NCBI RefSeq assembly: GCF_004010195.1
Contig: NC_057719.1
Coordinates: forward strand, 9,064,333-9,119,832
DNA: 55,500 nucleotides
Direction of reading: 5' to 3'
From: Chiloscyllium plagiosum
Lineage: Eukaryota
Shown: positions 36,530 through 49,832 of the stretch, piece after piece
How positions within the stretch are numbered: the first letter of the stretch is position 1
Layout of the letters: each line of letters starts with the position of its first letter
Translations under genes and position numbers: made by a program
Notes under the pieces: generated by a model
Told to the model about the DNA's origin: nothing
Databases searched by the model: none
Seen by the model: the letters and a program-made list of their open reading frames with translations, nothing else

Positions 36530-38120
36530 TGCTTGTGATTGCTGGGCCTCTTACTGAGATATTTGTATCATTGATAGTCACAGGTGAGGTGCTGGAAGAC
36601 TGGAGGTTGGCTAATGTGGTGTCTCTGTTTAAGAAAGGTGGTAAGGACAAGCCAGGGAACTATAGACCGGTGAGCCTGATGCTGATGGTTGGCAAGATGT
36701 TGGAGGGAATCCTGAGGGACAGGATGCACATGTATTTGGAAAGGCAAGGACTGATTAGGGATATTCCTGATGAAGGGCTTTTGCCCGAAATGTCGATTTT
36801 CCTGCTCCTCAGATGCTGCCTGAACTGCTGTGATTTTCCAGCACCACTCTAATCCTGATTAGGGATAGTCAACATGGCTTTGTGCATGGGAGATCATGTC
36901 TCACAAACTTAATGGAATTTTTTGAAGAAATAACAAAGAGGATTGATGAGGGCAGAGCAGTAGATGTGATCTATATGGACGTCAGTAAAATTTTCGACAA
37001 GGTTCCCCATGGGAGACTGGTGAGCAAGGTTAGACCTCATGGAATACAGGGAGAACGAGCCATTTGGATACAGAACTGGCTCAAAGGTAGAAGACAGAGG
37101 ATGGTGGAGGGTTGTTTTTCAGACTGGAGGCCTGTGACCAGTGGACTGCCACAAGGATTGGTGCTGGGTCCATTACTTTTTGTCATTTATACAAATGATT
37201 GGATGTGAGCATAGAGGTATAGTTACTAAGTTTGCAGATGACACAAAAATAAGAGGTGTATTGGACAGTGAAGAAGGTTACCTCAGATTACAATGGGATC
37301 TTGATCACATGGGTCAATGGGCTGAGAAGTGGCAGATGGAGTTTAATTTAGATAAATGCGAGGTGCTGCATTTTGGGAAAGCAAATCTTAGCAGGACTTA
37401 TACGCTTAATGTTAAGGTCCAAGGGAGTGTTGCTGAACAAAGAGACCTTGGAGTGCAGGTTCATAGCTCCTTGAAAGTGGAGTCGCAGGTAGATAGGATA
37501 GTGAAGGAGGCATTTGGTATGCTTTTATTGGTCAGAGTATTGAGTACAGGAGTTGGAGGTCATGTTACGACATTGGTTTTTGTGTGAATTTTGGTCTCCT
37601 TCCTATTGGAAGGAAGTTGTGAAACTTGAAAGGGTTCAGAAAAGATTTACAAGGATGATGCCAGGGGTGGAGGATTTGAGCTTAGGGAGAGGCTGAACAG
37701 TCTGGGGCTGTTTTCCCTGGAGTGTCGGAGGCTGAGGGGTGACCTTATAGAGTTTTATAAAATTATGAGGGGCATGGAGAGGATAAATGGACAAGATCTT
37801 TTCCCTGGGGTAGGGGAGTGCAGAACTAGAGGGCATAGGTTTAGGGTGAGAGGGGAAAGATATAAAAGAGACCTAAGGGAAAACCTTTTCATGCAGAGGG
37901 TGGTACGTGTATGGAATGAGCTGCCGAGGAAGTGGTGGAGGCTGGTACAATTGCAACATTTAAGGGGCATTTGGATGGGTATATGAATAGGAAGGGTTTG
38001 GAGGGATATTGGCTGGGTGCTGGGAGGTGGGACTAGATTAGGTTGGGATATCTGGTCAGCGTGGTCGAGTTGGACTGAAGGGTCTGTTTCCATGCTGTAC
38101 ATCTCTAATACTCTGTGACT
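36530..38120 (+). mobile_element. CR1 LINE ORF2 (RT) fragment through 3' end
   Basis: EDWRLANVVSLFKKG..PGNYRPVSL, SCLTNL, FDKVPH, SGLPQGLVLGPLLF, KFADDTK, WQMEFN; frameshifted. Confidence 0.95.
36764..36854 (+). mobile_element. 91-bp hammerhead-containing PLE mini-insert with 13-bp TSD
   Basis: TSD CTGATTAGGGATA at 36751-36763 and 36855-36867; the insert begins TTCCTGATGAAGGGCTTTTGCCCGAAATGTC. Confidence 0.9.
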
Positions 38121-38224
38121 GTATTGCAAAGAAAGCCTTAGAAACATAGGAACTTAGTAAATAAGAGCAGGAGTATGCCATTCAGTCCATCGAGTCTCCC
38201 CCACTGTTCAATTAGATCATGGTC

Positions 38225-38428
38225 AGAAGTCACACAATGCCAGGTTATAGCCCAACAGGTTTACTGGATGTCACACAAGTTTTCGGACTGGTGCTCCTTC
38301 ACCAGGTGATGAAAGGGCTGCATTCTGAAAGCTTATGTGATTTCACATAAACCTGTCAGACTATAACCTGGTGTCGTGTCGCTTCTGACTTCATCCACCT
38401 CAGTCCAACACCGGCGTGTCCACATCAC
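38225..38428. mobile_element. Palindromic PLE-derived insert (second family)
   Basis: GTCAGAAGTCACAC..CCAGGTTATAG..ACAGGTTTA / TAAACCTGT..CTATAACCTGG..CTTCTGAC around degenerate hammerhead cores. Confidence 0.7.
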
Positions 38429-38719
38429 AACTGGATCCCGGCTGGCATTTTCCCCTCAGCGCTATTTTCCTGCATTATCCCAGTAATAGCGTTAAAATCC
38501 GTATTTTTTGAAACAAAGTAAACTGCCTCAGGCTGCCTCAAAACTCTTTACAACCAATCAAATATATGTGTTGTCACCTAAGAACCACAGCAACCAATAT
38601 TCATTCACCGAGTTCCCACAAATTGCAATACAGTAATAACCAGAACATCTGTTTATTATGAAGTTGATTCCTGGATTGATAATAGCCAGAACAACTCTCC
38701 GTCTCTTCATCAAAATTGT

Positions 38720-39430
38720 GACATACATACATACATATAAATTAGAATCAGGAGTAAGTTGCTAAAGTCTGCTCTCCCAATCAAAAAGGTCATGCCCTGA
38801 TTTGATTCTCGACTCATATCCACCCACCCCAGATAATCCTTTACCTTCTTGCTTAACAAGAACCTTCCGTTTGAAATATTCAAGGACTTTGCTTTCACTA
38901 CCTTGTCAGGAAAGGAGTTCAAAAGACGCACTACCCTCCAAGGAAGTGTTTCAGAGGGTGACAGTGACCCAACGAGTTCTAGGTTCTCCCCTAACAGGAA
39001 ACACCCTCTCCACATGCATCTTGTCAACGCCCCTCAAAAAGGATCCGTTTGAATCAAGTTACCTCTTGCTCATCTAAGCTTCTCATCAGACAATTCCCCC
39101 ATCCCCATTATTCTCGTCAACCTTCTCTGAATTGCATCCAATGTATTTATATCCTTTCTTAAATAAAGTACAGTATATAGTACTCCAACCGTGGTCTCAC
39201 CAGTGTCCTTTATAGCTGAAGCATACCCTTCCTAATTTTTGTATTCAATTCCCCTCATGATAAATAGTAACTTTCTATTAGCTGTCCTAATTACTTGCTG
39301 TACCTGCATTCAAACCTTTTGTGATTGAGAAATGAGGGCACCCAAATCCCTCATTATATGTTTCTTTTTTACTCTTCCTGCCAAAATTAACAACTTCACG
39401 TTTTTCCACATCATATTTTTTATTTGTCCA
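38720..39430 (-). mobile_element. Old CR1 3' fragment
   Basis: Minus ORF ..RVVRLLNSFPDKVVKAKSLNI. Confidence 0.7.
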
Positions 39431-39649
39431 CGAGAAAGCAGACAGAACCTGGGTTTAATATCTTATTAGAATGGCAGCATCTCTTACAGTGTAGCATTCC
39501 CTCTGTACTGCACTGGGATGTGTCAGTCCAGATTATATGCTTGAGAAGGACTGAATGTTTTGCTTCTTCACTCATGGGATGAGGAGTCACTGGCTAGGCC
39601 ATCATTTATTGCCCATCCCTAATAGTTAAGACCATATTGTTGTGGGTCT

Positions 39650-40282
39650 TGAAATAACTCTACAAATAGTGGCATTCTGTCACCAAGTCACCCTTTATTT
39701 ATGCAAGCATTGTACTGCTAGCTCAGTGTCCAGCTTCTAAAGTGAGTAGAATCCCTGACACTCCTGGTTTTTTTGAAGAGCCAGCTCGCAGAGTGAACAG
39801 AATCTCTGGCACTCGTGTTTTTTTAAATTTTTTTTCTTTCTTTTACCCCCACACTACCGCCTAATTGCGGTAGTGCTTATTATTCCCCCAGCACCCATGT
39901 TGTGTGTGTGCAGGTGTGAGACACGACACTCCTGTTTATTTTTATTTTATTTTCCTTAATTTAGGGAAATGTAAGGAAGGAATTTATAGTTATGAGAATG
40001 AAAAAACAGTGTGGCCTGAAGTAATTCCACAGAGATAGGTATCCTGTCACCAAGTCACTCTCCATTTACATTGGAGAGTCCTTGACACTGGTCCAGCTCC
40101 CTCAGAGCCAGCTCTCAGTGAAGAGAACCTCTGTCAGGCCTGTTTATTTTTTATTTTTTTTATTGACACTCCTGTTTATACCTGTCAGCCAGGACTCCCT
40201 GATTGGACCAGATTAACAGCCCCAATCAGGGAATTACTATTCTATGAGAACCATTTGGCTGACATTGTTCCGATCACTTATA
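39650..40282 (-). mobile_element. Compound solo-LTR cluster with nested poly(A)-tailed inserts
   Basis: Starts TG at 39650 with TSD GGTCT/GGTCC inside a SINE; the LTR end is repeated at about 40017; a related LTR ends at 41799. Confidence 0.65.
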
Positions 40283-40535
40283 GGTCCAGTGTCACATGTG
40301 GACCAGACCAGCTAAGGAAGGCAGATTTCCTTCCCTAAAGGACATTAGTGAACCAAATGGGATTTCCTGACAATTGACAATGATTTCACGGTCACCACTT
40401 ACTCTTAGTTCCAAATTTTTATTGAATATAAATTTCACCATCTGCTGTGGCAGGGTGTAAATGCAGGTCTCTCTGAACATTACCTGGGTCGCTGGACTAC
40501 CAGTGTACTGATAACACCACAAGGCCATTGCTTAC

Positions 40536-40728
40536 CCCCGGCTCACGGTTTGTACTCATTGAGGAGCAGCTGGTAAGACTGGACTGACTGTGCAAGCTCT
40601 GCCTCACATTAATCAGGAGGAGGTCAGACGAAAGGTCAGCCCTTTCCTGTAGCTCTGAGGGACTCTTCCTGGGAGCCGCTCGGTACCACACTGGCGAGTT
40701 GCCGCTTTTGACATTGCACAGGATCTGC
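40536..40728 (-). other. Candidate orphan exon (not neurexin-like)
   Basis: Acceptor TCTTTCCTTTGTCAG|, donor GGG|GTAAGC, one open frame QILCNVKSGNSPVWYRAAPRK...MSTNREPG, non-repetitive. The donor abuts a SINE head, so it may be fortuitous. Confidence 0.3.
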
Positions 40729-41639
40729 CTGACAAAGGAAAGACCAGGACCGATCCAGGTCATCTTTTACCAGCTTAGTTGGTGACATGACACATTGATA
40801 ATCAACCTATTGACTAACCTGATGGTTACAATCTCCACGGTACGTGGTGTGGAAAACCTGGTGATGGAAAGCTTTGGGAATCATGGTTCTAAACTCATCT
40901 CTTCTTCCCTGACAATGATGCACTCACCACCCTTCATGATCCCAATAACATGTCCCAGAATGAATAAACACTGCATATCCATTCCATCACATCGCTGGTC
41001 AATAAAAATCACAGCCAACTCTGCTACTTACTTCTGGGCTTCCATTCCCCAAAATATCTCATGGGTGCATCTTTTACTTTGGTTCTGAGCTGGCACTACT
41101 CACAGAATGACCATTTAGCCCAACATATTATGTCTTTAGTGGAGTATTCTGTAGCAACTGGTTTTGGTTTTTGTTCAGCGTTTTACTCATGAAGGCCCTT
41201 CTTTCCTATATTGCTTCATGGGACATGGGTATCGCTAGCTGCATCAGCATTTATTGCCCACCCCCTATTGCCCCCATCAGATGATGGTGGTGAACTGCCT
41301 TCTTGAGCCATTACAATCCATGTCTGTCAGTGAAGGCCATGGAAGGATTATTCACGGACAATATGAAATCCAGGGAGTGAATTTTCCCATACTCTGTGTG
41401 AGCGGGGGAATTCGGGGGATGGTGTATGTTTGTAAGCTGATGAACAAGAAGCTGCAGTTCAATCAATGAACACCCGCCAATCTTCATTTTCCATGGATAC
41501 TTCAGATTCTACTCTACGGCCACACCCTCTGGATTAATAATAGTCCAATGATAGAGGGGGAAATAAACAGTAAATGTTTTCTGTGGCCACTGGTACATAC
41601 TAACAGTTAGAGAAGTGAACATGCACATGTTTGTGTATA

Positions 41640-41799
41640 AAACTGCTAGCTCAATGTCAGCTCCTAGACTGAGTAGAACCCTTGACACTCCTGTTTATAC
41701 CTATCAGCTAGGACTCTGCGATTGGACCAGATTAATACCCCAATCAGGGAACTCATATTCTATGAGAGCCACCTGGCTGACATTGTTCCAACCATTACA
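41640..41799 (-). mobile_element. Partial LTR of the same family as 39650-40282
   Basis: GACACTCCTGTTTATACC..GATTGGACCAGATTAA..CCCAATCAGGGAA..CCATTACA. Confidence 0.65.
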
Positions 41800-44700
41800 A
41801 GTCTGGTGTCACATGCAGACCAGACTCGGTAAGAACGGCAGATTTCCTTCCCGAAAGAAAAGGGTCGTATAATCACATATATTAGTGACTGGGTAGTGTA
41901 ATCACATATATTAGTTTCAATGTGATTTGATGATATAGTCATGTGTACCAACATGGTACCTGGACACAGTTGGATAGCGATAGGGGTGAGTAAATCTGTA
42001 ATCTTTTGATTAGAAATTATAATTTGTTAGAAGAGTCGATTAGAAGCCAGTTATCTCGAATAATGGTCTGAACCCTTTGGCTTTGGAATAGTTTTGAACT
42101 GCATGCCATTTTCCCGAGATGTACATGGTTAAATATTTAAACAAATGAGTCTTGTCTGAGGGGAAAGAAAGGGTAAGACTCACCCTTTCACCACCTCTCA
42201 CTGGCCCTCTTCCTCCTCACAGTGTGTTACCTCATCAGTTTATTTTTAAATGTCAAGGTGTGGGCGTTGGGGGGGGGGACGTTGGCAGGAAGAGGTAAAG
42301 AGTGAGAGGACTGAAATGTTAAATGGGACTTAAGCTCCAATGAAATGCTATCACCCCAACCCAGCTGTCAACTCTGTGGGTAGCTCAGAGATAGAAGGTG
42401 GTGGGCTTTGACTCCACCACAATAACATAGGTGTAAAAATCTTGGCTGACAGCCCCCCAGAGCAGATGTGCGGAAGTGCTGCACTGTCGGAAGTGCTGCA
42501 CTGTCAGAGGTGCCATCGTTCGGGCGAGGTGACAGACTGGCACCCATCTTCCTACCCTCCCAGGTGGGTGTAAAATGAAAATCGTAGCACCAGATCGGAA
42601 GCAAGATTCAGACATCCTGCTCAATATTTATCACTCATTATATCATTGCTTTTTATTGTGGGAGCTGACTGAGTGTAAAAGCAGTGTCAGAGTGAATCCT
42701 GGCTTGGGAGGCAGTGAGGACTCATGCTCTAGGGTTGGCAGGCACAGATTGAAACTTATCGTCACTTTTAATCATTGTGGACCTTTTCACAGTTTCATGC
42801 TAATCTGTATTCTTTTTAGTCTGTAACAACAGTATATTTTTAACTCTGTAAGATTTGTACCTAAGATGGTGCCATTAAAAAGCAGCCATTGTAAAAACTT
42901 TTCACAATGCTCCTGTAATTCTGTACTGGAGTGCATGTGATAATAAAGGATATTCTTCAAAAAAAATTGGATGAGGTTCTTTCTGTGTCAAAGCAGTGGC
43001 TGCACTTCAGGAGTACTTTTGTGGCTGGCATTCACATAGGGTAAGGTGCTATATAAATGCAAGTCCTCCCTGCCACTCCACAGTACTTGGGAACTTGCTT
43101 AGTACATTTGATGGTTTGAATCCAAGGCTTGGTCAGCGCCCAAATTATACGACCAATCCACAATGTGAACCAGCAAGAGCTGATCCCGGGGAGTTGGGGG
43201 AGGAGGGGGTGGGAGCTGAAGATAAGAGAAAGAAACCCTGAGGGAAGCGACTAGGAAGCCACCAACATTAAGTGGCTGGAGAGTCTCAGATGGGAGCCTG
43301 GTGCTGTGTCCTTCCCTGGGGAGGTGGAGGCACTGGTGTTGGACTGGGGTGGACAGGTTATAGTCCGACAGGTTCACCTGACAAAGGAGCAGCTTGTGAT
43401 TTCAGTCCTGCTGGGACTATAACCTGGTGTCATGTGACTTCTGACTTCCCTGGGGAGGCAGGGGAAACACGCTTAGGTGAGGAAACAACAGGAACTGGAA
43501 ACTCTTGTGGGCCTTTCACGCCCTCAGCAGGAGAATGTGCGCACGCTCACACACCAAGTGCAAACAAATGGCTCAGTGACAGACAGCAAATGCATAAAGC
43601 AGCTTTCAAAGCTCTGCCGGTAGTCAGTGCTGCATGAGGCAGAAGAGTTCATCGTCGATGTAGGGCCATTGATACTCAGTCTGCTGACCCAATTAGCTTT
43701 GGGCAATCTGCTTCTCTCGCTTAAAGGGATATTCCCCCGTCTCCCCTTCCTTTTACTGGACAGCAGATACCACATAGAAGCATGGAAAATAGCAGTAGGA
43801 GAAAGCCATTCAGCCCATCATGACTTGATCCTTTGCCACAATGCCATGCTCTCCCTTCTCCCCTTTGCATTGTGGGTCAACCCTGCAGCAGTTCAAGAAG
43901 GCAGCTCACCACCACCTTCTCAAGGGGTAACTAGGGACAGGCCATAAATGCTGGCCCAGCCAGCGATGCCCACATCCCCCCACTCCCCTTGGCATATTTA
44001 ATATCTATTTTTGTTGACATCAGCTATGAAAAAAACTCATTTAGATACCCCTTTCTGTTATTCTTTTCACCTTATTTATGCCTCCTGCCAAAGAAAGCTA
44101 ATTTTGAGCCTGCACTCCCATTACCCGCCCCCTCCAAGCCCTCTCCCCTTTCTCCAAGGAGCTGGTTGCTGGCAGCTATTGTTTCAGCAGGTCCTCCTGG
44201 CCTTTCTGCATTGCTTTAGCCTATTCTGTGGCACCCAGTAGAGGGGGCAGGATGGTTCAGCTGGCCAGTTTGCAATGCACAGCAACACCTAACAATTCCC
44301 ACACTGGTTGGAGTTACCAAAGGAGGATTCTTCATCTCAATTTCTCCCTGGTGACCCTCAGATTAAAGGCCCACTGGTTGTTCTCTCATGAGAGAGCACC
44401 CCATTGGTCCGGTGAGACTGTGGTGGCTTTACCTTTTAGTTTTGATCACAAATGGCATCCCCTCTTGTGGTTGTTCCTGGTATTACCTACCACCAACAAC
44501 CCTCCACAATCCTCAAGTTCGCATCCTTTCTTTCAAATACCTCCTCCCGACCTGTTGCCTCCTCTAGCTCCGTAACCTTTTGGTATAGCTGCCCTCCTCT
44601 GACACTTTCCCAGTTCTCATTGCTCCATCATTAATGGTTAATTCTTCAGCTGATTGGACGCAGGGCTCTGGAATTACTCCCTTACTATCATGTCGAACTT

Positions 44701-45764
44701 TTAACTTTTCTCTTTATTTTTCTATTTTTGTACCTAATCTATTTTAGTACCTAAGATTTCTACTGAGGTGCTTTGTACCTAAGATGGTGCCTTATGTGCC
44801 GACATTGTACACAGTTCACTGCATTCTTGCACTTTCTACTTGGGTACATGTGACAATAAACTTAATTCTCATTCTAATAAATCTTTCTGCCTCTCTATCA
44901 TTGCCTCCTTCTTTAAGGCATTCCATGTCAGCTACTTGTCCTAAGTAGTTCCTTATCTCCTGCTGCAAAGGACTGGATTTTGTTGGATTAAAAATGCGAC
45001 TCAAGTGCAAGTTGTTGATGGTTGTTTTGTTTTCTTAACTGACCCCCACTGAAGGGCCACTGTGAATGTAATAATGAATGGGCCTGGCTGAGATAACTGA
45101 GTGCTGACCAGTGGATGAACCTTGCAGCAATGCAGATGTACTCAAGTTCAAACCCACAATCCATTGAGCATGTAAAATTAAGATCATCAAACACCGCAAA
45201 ATCTATATAAATCGTATGAACCTTTCAACACTCACTGAGCACTGGACATTGATCCTGTGTAATTTCTTCAAGGAAACAGCAGAAGCATTTCAACATACCG
45301 TGCAAATTTATACACAATGTACTGAAGGTGGAGAGGTCTACGTACACACTAACTAATAGGAAACTGACAACACCACAGTCCTGGAAGATATTCACAGCGA
45401 TCTCTGAACTCTGTCAAACAGTGAACATCAGCAGGCAAATGACAATGGACCCTCAATACCACTGGATACATGGCGGGGACAGGATGGATGATGGGGGTGG
45501 GAGAAATTAGCCCCAGTTTTTATTCCTGACTTCAGTTAAATTCTCCAGAAGTTTGTAAATGTTAGTCTGTAAGAATGTTTCTCTGTCTGCTCCCACTGAG
45601 TGTCACGGTGTGTGCTATCACAAAGTGTTCGCTGTGATCGATTGGAGTATGTTTATCAGACTGTATCTTTGGGTAATAACACAGTTCCTTTTTTTAAATT
45701 CGTTCATGGAATGTGGACATCACTAGCTAATTATTACCCCAAAATTGGAGTGTTGCAGTGTGCT

Positions 45765-46560
45765 GATCGTGTGTATGTGCTTTTCAGTGAATTCATGTGT
45801 ACTTATCAAAGTGTATGTGTGTTTTTATCAGACTGTGTGTGTCTGTGTGTGTGTTTATCAGAGTGTGTGCGTGTGTGTCTGTGTGTGTTTATCAGAATGT
45901 GTGCATGTGTGTTTATCAGTGTGTGTTTATCAGAGTGTGTATGAGTGTGTGTGTATTTATCAGAATGTGTGTGTTTATCAGTGTGTGTGTGTCTCTGTGT
46001 GTTTATCGGTGTGTTTGTGTGTGTGTGTATGTGAAGGCATGCTTCTGTTGGACTGTGTATGTTTGTGTTTATCAGAGATTGTATATGTGAATGTGTGTAT
46101 ATGTTTATCAGAGTGTATTTATCAGGGAAGTAGGCATTCTTTTAATGAGTGTGCATATTTATTGGAGTGTGTCTTTATCAGAGTGTGAGATTTTGTATGT
46201 GTTTATTGGAGTCTGTTTATCTGCATGTGTGTGTTTATCGGAATACATGAACATGTGTGTCTATTGGAGTAAATGTATGTATGTGTGCATTTGTGGGCCT
46301 GTGTGTTTATTGGAATATATTTACATATGTATGGGTGTGTGCATGTGTTTACTGGAGTATATTTATGAACGTGTGTGTTTATTGGAGTATATGTATACAT
46401 GTGTGTGTCTGTGTGCATGTGTGTTTATCAGAGTATATGTGAGTGTGTGTGTTTATTGGAGAATATGTATATATGTGTGTTTCTGTGTGCATGTATGTGT
46501 ATTTATTGGAGTATGTGTGTTTGTGTGTGTGCGCTCTTATCAGAGTATATTTGTGTGTCT
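45765..46560. repeat. GT-rich degenerate minisatellite (GTGTGTTTATCAGA grading to GTGTTTATTGGAG)
   Basis: Seen directly; this explains the Cys/Val-rich ORFs. Confidence 0.9.
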
Positions 46561-47254
46561 GCAAATTTCAGAAGAGATTGAAAAAGATCGCTGTCTGCAA
46601 TGGAATTTTCCCAGCAAATGTGAGGGCAGGAAGATGGAAAAATTGTGATTGAAAGAAAATGGAAATCGAACAGTTTATATTGCTTCTAATTTTCAGGTTG
46701 AAGACATTTCCAAAAGCCCAGCAGATGAATGTCTCCAGTATCCTCTGGCTGTCCTATTCTGTGTTGGTAAAAATACTGCAGGCTGACAGGTGCAAATACA
46801 TTGCCTGGACAACAATAGAGAAGGAAGTATAGAGTCTGCTGTGTACAGTATGAAAAAAAATGATCAAGGACCACATTATCCTTCTCTCTTCAGTCCAATT
46901 TGATAAGGAGGCGCTGACAAAACACTACAAGTTATTGCAGCCTCTTGGCTAATCAAACAGGTAATTTATCTTGAACTGGCATTTTCACTACCTCAAAGAG
47001 AGACAGCTCAGATAACATTGTTGTGAGAAGGGTACTGCAAACTCCAGCTTTTGGAAAGTGCACTGCATTTCAGGATTTGGAGCTATTTTGAAAGCGAGAG
47101 ACTGCTCTGCCTGACCAGATTGTGTGGGTGGAGGTGATATCGTTAGATTTATACCCCTCCTAGGTATTGAGGCGATGGTTGGTGAAATGGGCAGAGGTTG
47201 GGGTTGACTTTGCTGTGACTCCTGGCAAGGTATTTCGCGAGAGTTCTGACATTA

Positions 47255-47680
47255 AGGACAAGGCAGTCTGCTTGATTGGCACCACACCCACAAACATTCA
47301 CTCCCTCCAGCACCCATGCTCAGCAGCAGAATTGTGTACTATCCATGAGATGCACTTCAGAAATCCACCAAAGATCCTCAGACAGCATTTTCCAAACTCA
47401 CCACCATTTACATCTCGAAGGACAAGGGCAGCAGATGCATGGGAACACCATGCCGTGCAAGTTCCCCTGCAAGCCACTCACCATCCTCTTTTGGTAATAT
47501 ATCTCCACTGTCACTGGGTCAAAATACCAGAATTATCTCCCTAACAGCATTGTGGGTCAACCTACAGCACATTGACTGCAGCGGTTCAAGCTCAGCACCA
47601 CCTTCTCAAGGGGCAATTAGGGACAGGCAATAAATGCTGGTCCACCCAGCGACGCCCACATCCCATGAATGAACAATAAA
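47255..47680 (+). mobile_element. L2/CR1-group LINE 3' fragment
   Basis: DKAVCLIGT..NIHSL; tail GGCAATAAATGCTGG...CCCATGAATGAA. Confidence 0.8.
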
Positions 47681-48861
47681 AACATGTCTCTTCAAGTATT
47701 GTGGCCCTACCGTAGGTAGTCTGAACCGTACATATCTCCACACCAATATTTGAAAAGGATGTACTTTAAAAAGTCAAAAATAAATGGACCCACTTTGCAA
47801 TTTGCTCAATTCATCGCCTGGTCTAGCACTGAACCCTTCTGACCTGGCAGACCCCAAGTCTGAGTATTTCTGATTAAAACATCAAAAAATAAAGCTGCCA
47901 CAGCCATACCAGCCTACAGGGCCACTCTCTCATTCGGGACCGATGTCTGGAGGTGGTTTAACCTGATGGTCACCAGGCTTCTGGTGAGGGAGAAAGGTTC
48001 AGAAGGAGAGCCCTTCATGGTAATTGTAGGTGATGTGGGAATTGAACCCATGCTGCTGACATCAATTATGCAGTGCAATCCAGCTGTCCAACCAACTGAG
48101 CGAAGCAACCCCCATTTCTCCAGAAAGCCAAGTCAGGAAATTGAGGGTTATGGAGAAATGGCAGGGAAGTGGAGTTGAGATAATTAGATCAGCTCACTGA
48201 ATTCTAGCGCAAAAATGAATGGGCCAAATAGCTTACTTCTGCTCCTACAGCTAACTGCCTGACTGAGGATGCTTGAGACCTTTCTTCAGAGGAGTCCAAT
48301 CGGAATCAAATCATTAACGCTGACTCTCTCTCCCCAGATGCTGCTAGGCCGTGCTGAGTTTTTATTCAGCTCCTTGGACCTGTTCTGCCACTCTGTTCAA
48401 TCACCGATGATTTATACCGTAACTCAATCTGTCCCCCTCCCTTTCCCCTCTCTTAGTACCCTTCTAATCAAAAATACTTGTTATCAAGGCTTTCAATAGT
48501 TCATTTGCTCAGGACTCTTGGAGGAGATCAAGATTTTTATAAGACTATAAGAAATAGGAACAGGAGGAGGCCATTCGGCCCATCAATAAGATCATGGCGG
48601 ATCTCTTTGTGGGAGCTAGTGTTTTCTGACATGAATCCTAGTTACAATTTTAAGGTTATTCATCTTTGATTTGAACTCTCTCCAACATACATATAGCTAA
48701 CTTGTATTAATAGGCCATTTTCCTTTTTCATTTTTGGGATGTGATCAATGATCTACGATTATCCACCTATAACTGCCCTCAGACAGAATGGCTTGCTAGG
48801 CCATTTCCAAGGGCAGTTAAGAGTATACATTTCCTCTTATTCCTTTCTACTCATGTCATGA

Positions 48862-49155
48862 CACGGTGGCTCAGTGGTTAGCACTGCTGCCTTGCACCAC
48901 CACATCCCAGGTTTGATTTCAGCCTTGAGTCTCTGTCTGCGCGGAGTTTGCACATTCTCTCTGTGAGTTGTGTGGCTTTCCTCTGGGTGCTCTGGTTTCC
49001 TCCCAAAATCCAAAGATGTGCAGGCTCAGTGGATTGGCCGTGCTAAGTTGCCCCTAGTGTCCAGGGATGTGGGATGATTGGGTGGGATGCTCCTTGGAAG
49101 GTCAGTGTTGGCTTGATGGGCCAAATGGCCCTGCTTCCACACTGTGGGGATTCTA
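48862..49155 (+). mobile_element. HE1-type SINE
   Basis: CACGGTGGCTCAGTGGTTAGCACTGCTGCC...CCACACTGT. Confidence 0.9.
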
Positions 49156-49832
49156 ACCTCTCCTCAAATATACCTTTATTATTCACCACAACCACTCCCT
49201 GCCAGTTCCACAATCTCATCGCTCTGAGTGAAGACATCTCTTTCAAATTCCCCACTGGATTTATTAGTGATACCCTGTATTTATATTTGTGTTGATACAT
49301 ATCATCAAATGTTTGCAAAATTTCTGTTTTTGAACAAACATTAAAACGTCAGTGCTATTAAATGGCGTGCAGTGTAATTATCTATGAGTTCCAATATTTT
49401 TCATATTGGTTGGGCTCATTAACAGAGCTCCCAAATTAACATATGGTAATCAGACCTTATTAAGTATAATACTTAATTTAAAGCTAATGACTTAAGCATG
49501 CCACCTGTCTTTATCACTGCGGCAGAGAGAGAAAAAAAATGAGTTAAAAAAAAGAGGCAAGAGACAAGGAGTAAGAGAGAGAGAGAGAGAAAGAGAACGC
49601 AGTCTGTAAAGTTTAGATTTGGAGAAACATGGATATGCTTTAAAATTGCAACTAAAGAATCAAAGAGATGCGTGTGTAACAGCTTTCAGATATAGAGTCA
49701 TAGAGATGCACAGCATGGAAACAGACCCTTCTCTGGATGTATTTACAGTCAGCAGAAAACTGTCGCCACTGTTATAATATTGGAGATGTGGGAACTCACG
49801 GGGAGATGGTGGTCTAGTGGTGTTATCACTGG

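Noticed and set aside
43524..43775. Possible exon on the minus strand (SKRKGRRGNIPL...)
   Set aside because: Weak acceptor, no convincing donor and no recognisable homology.
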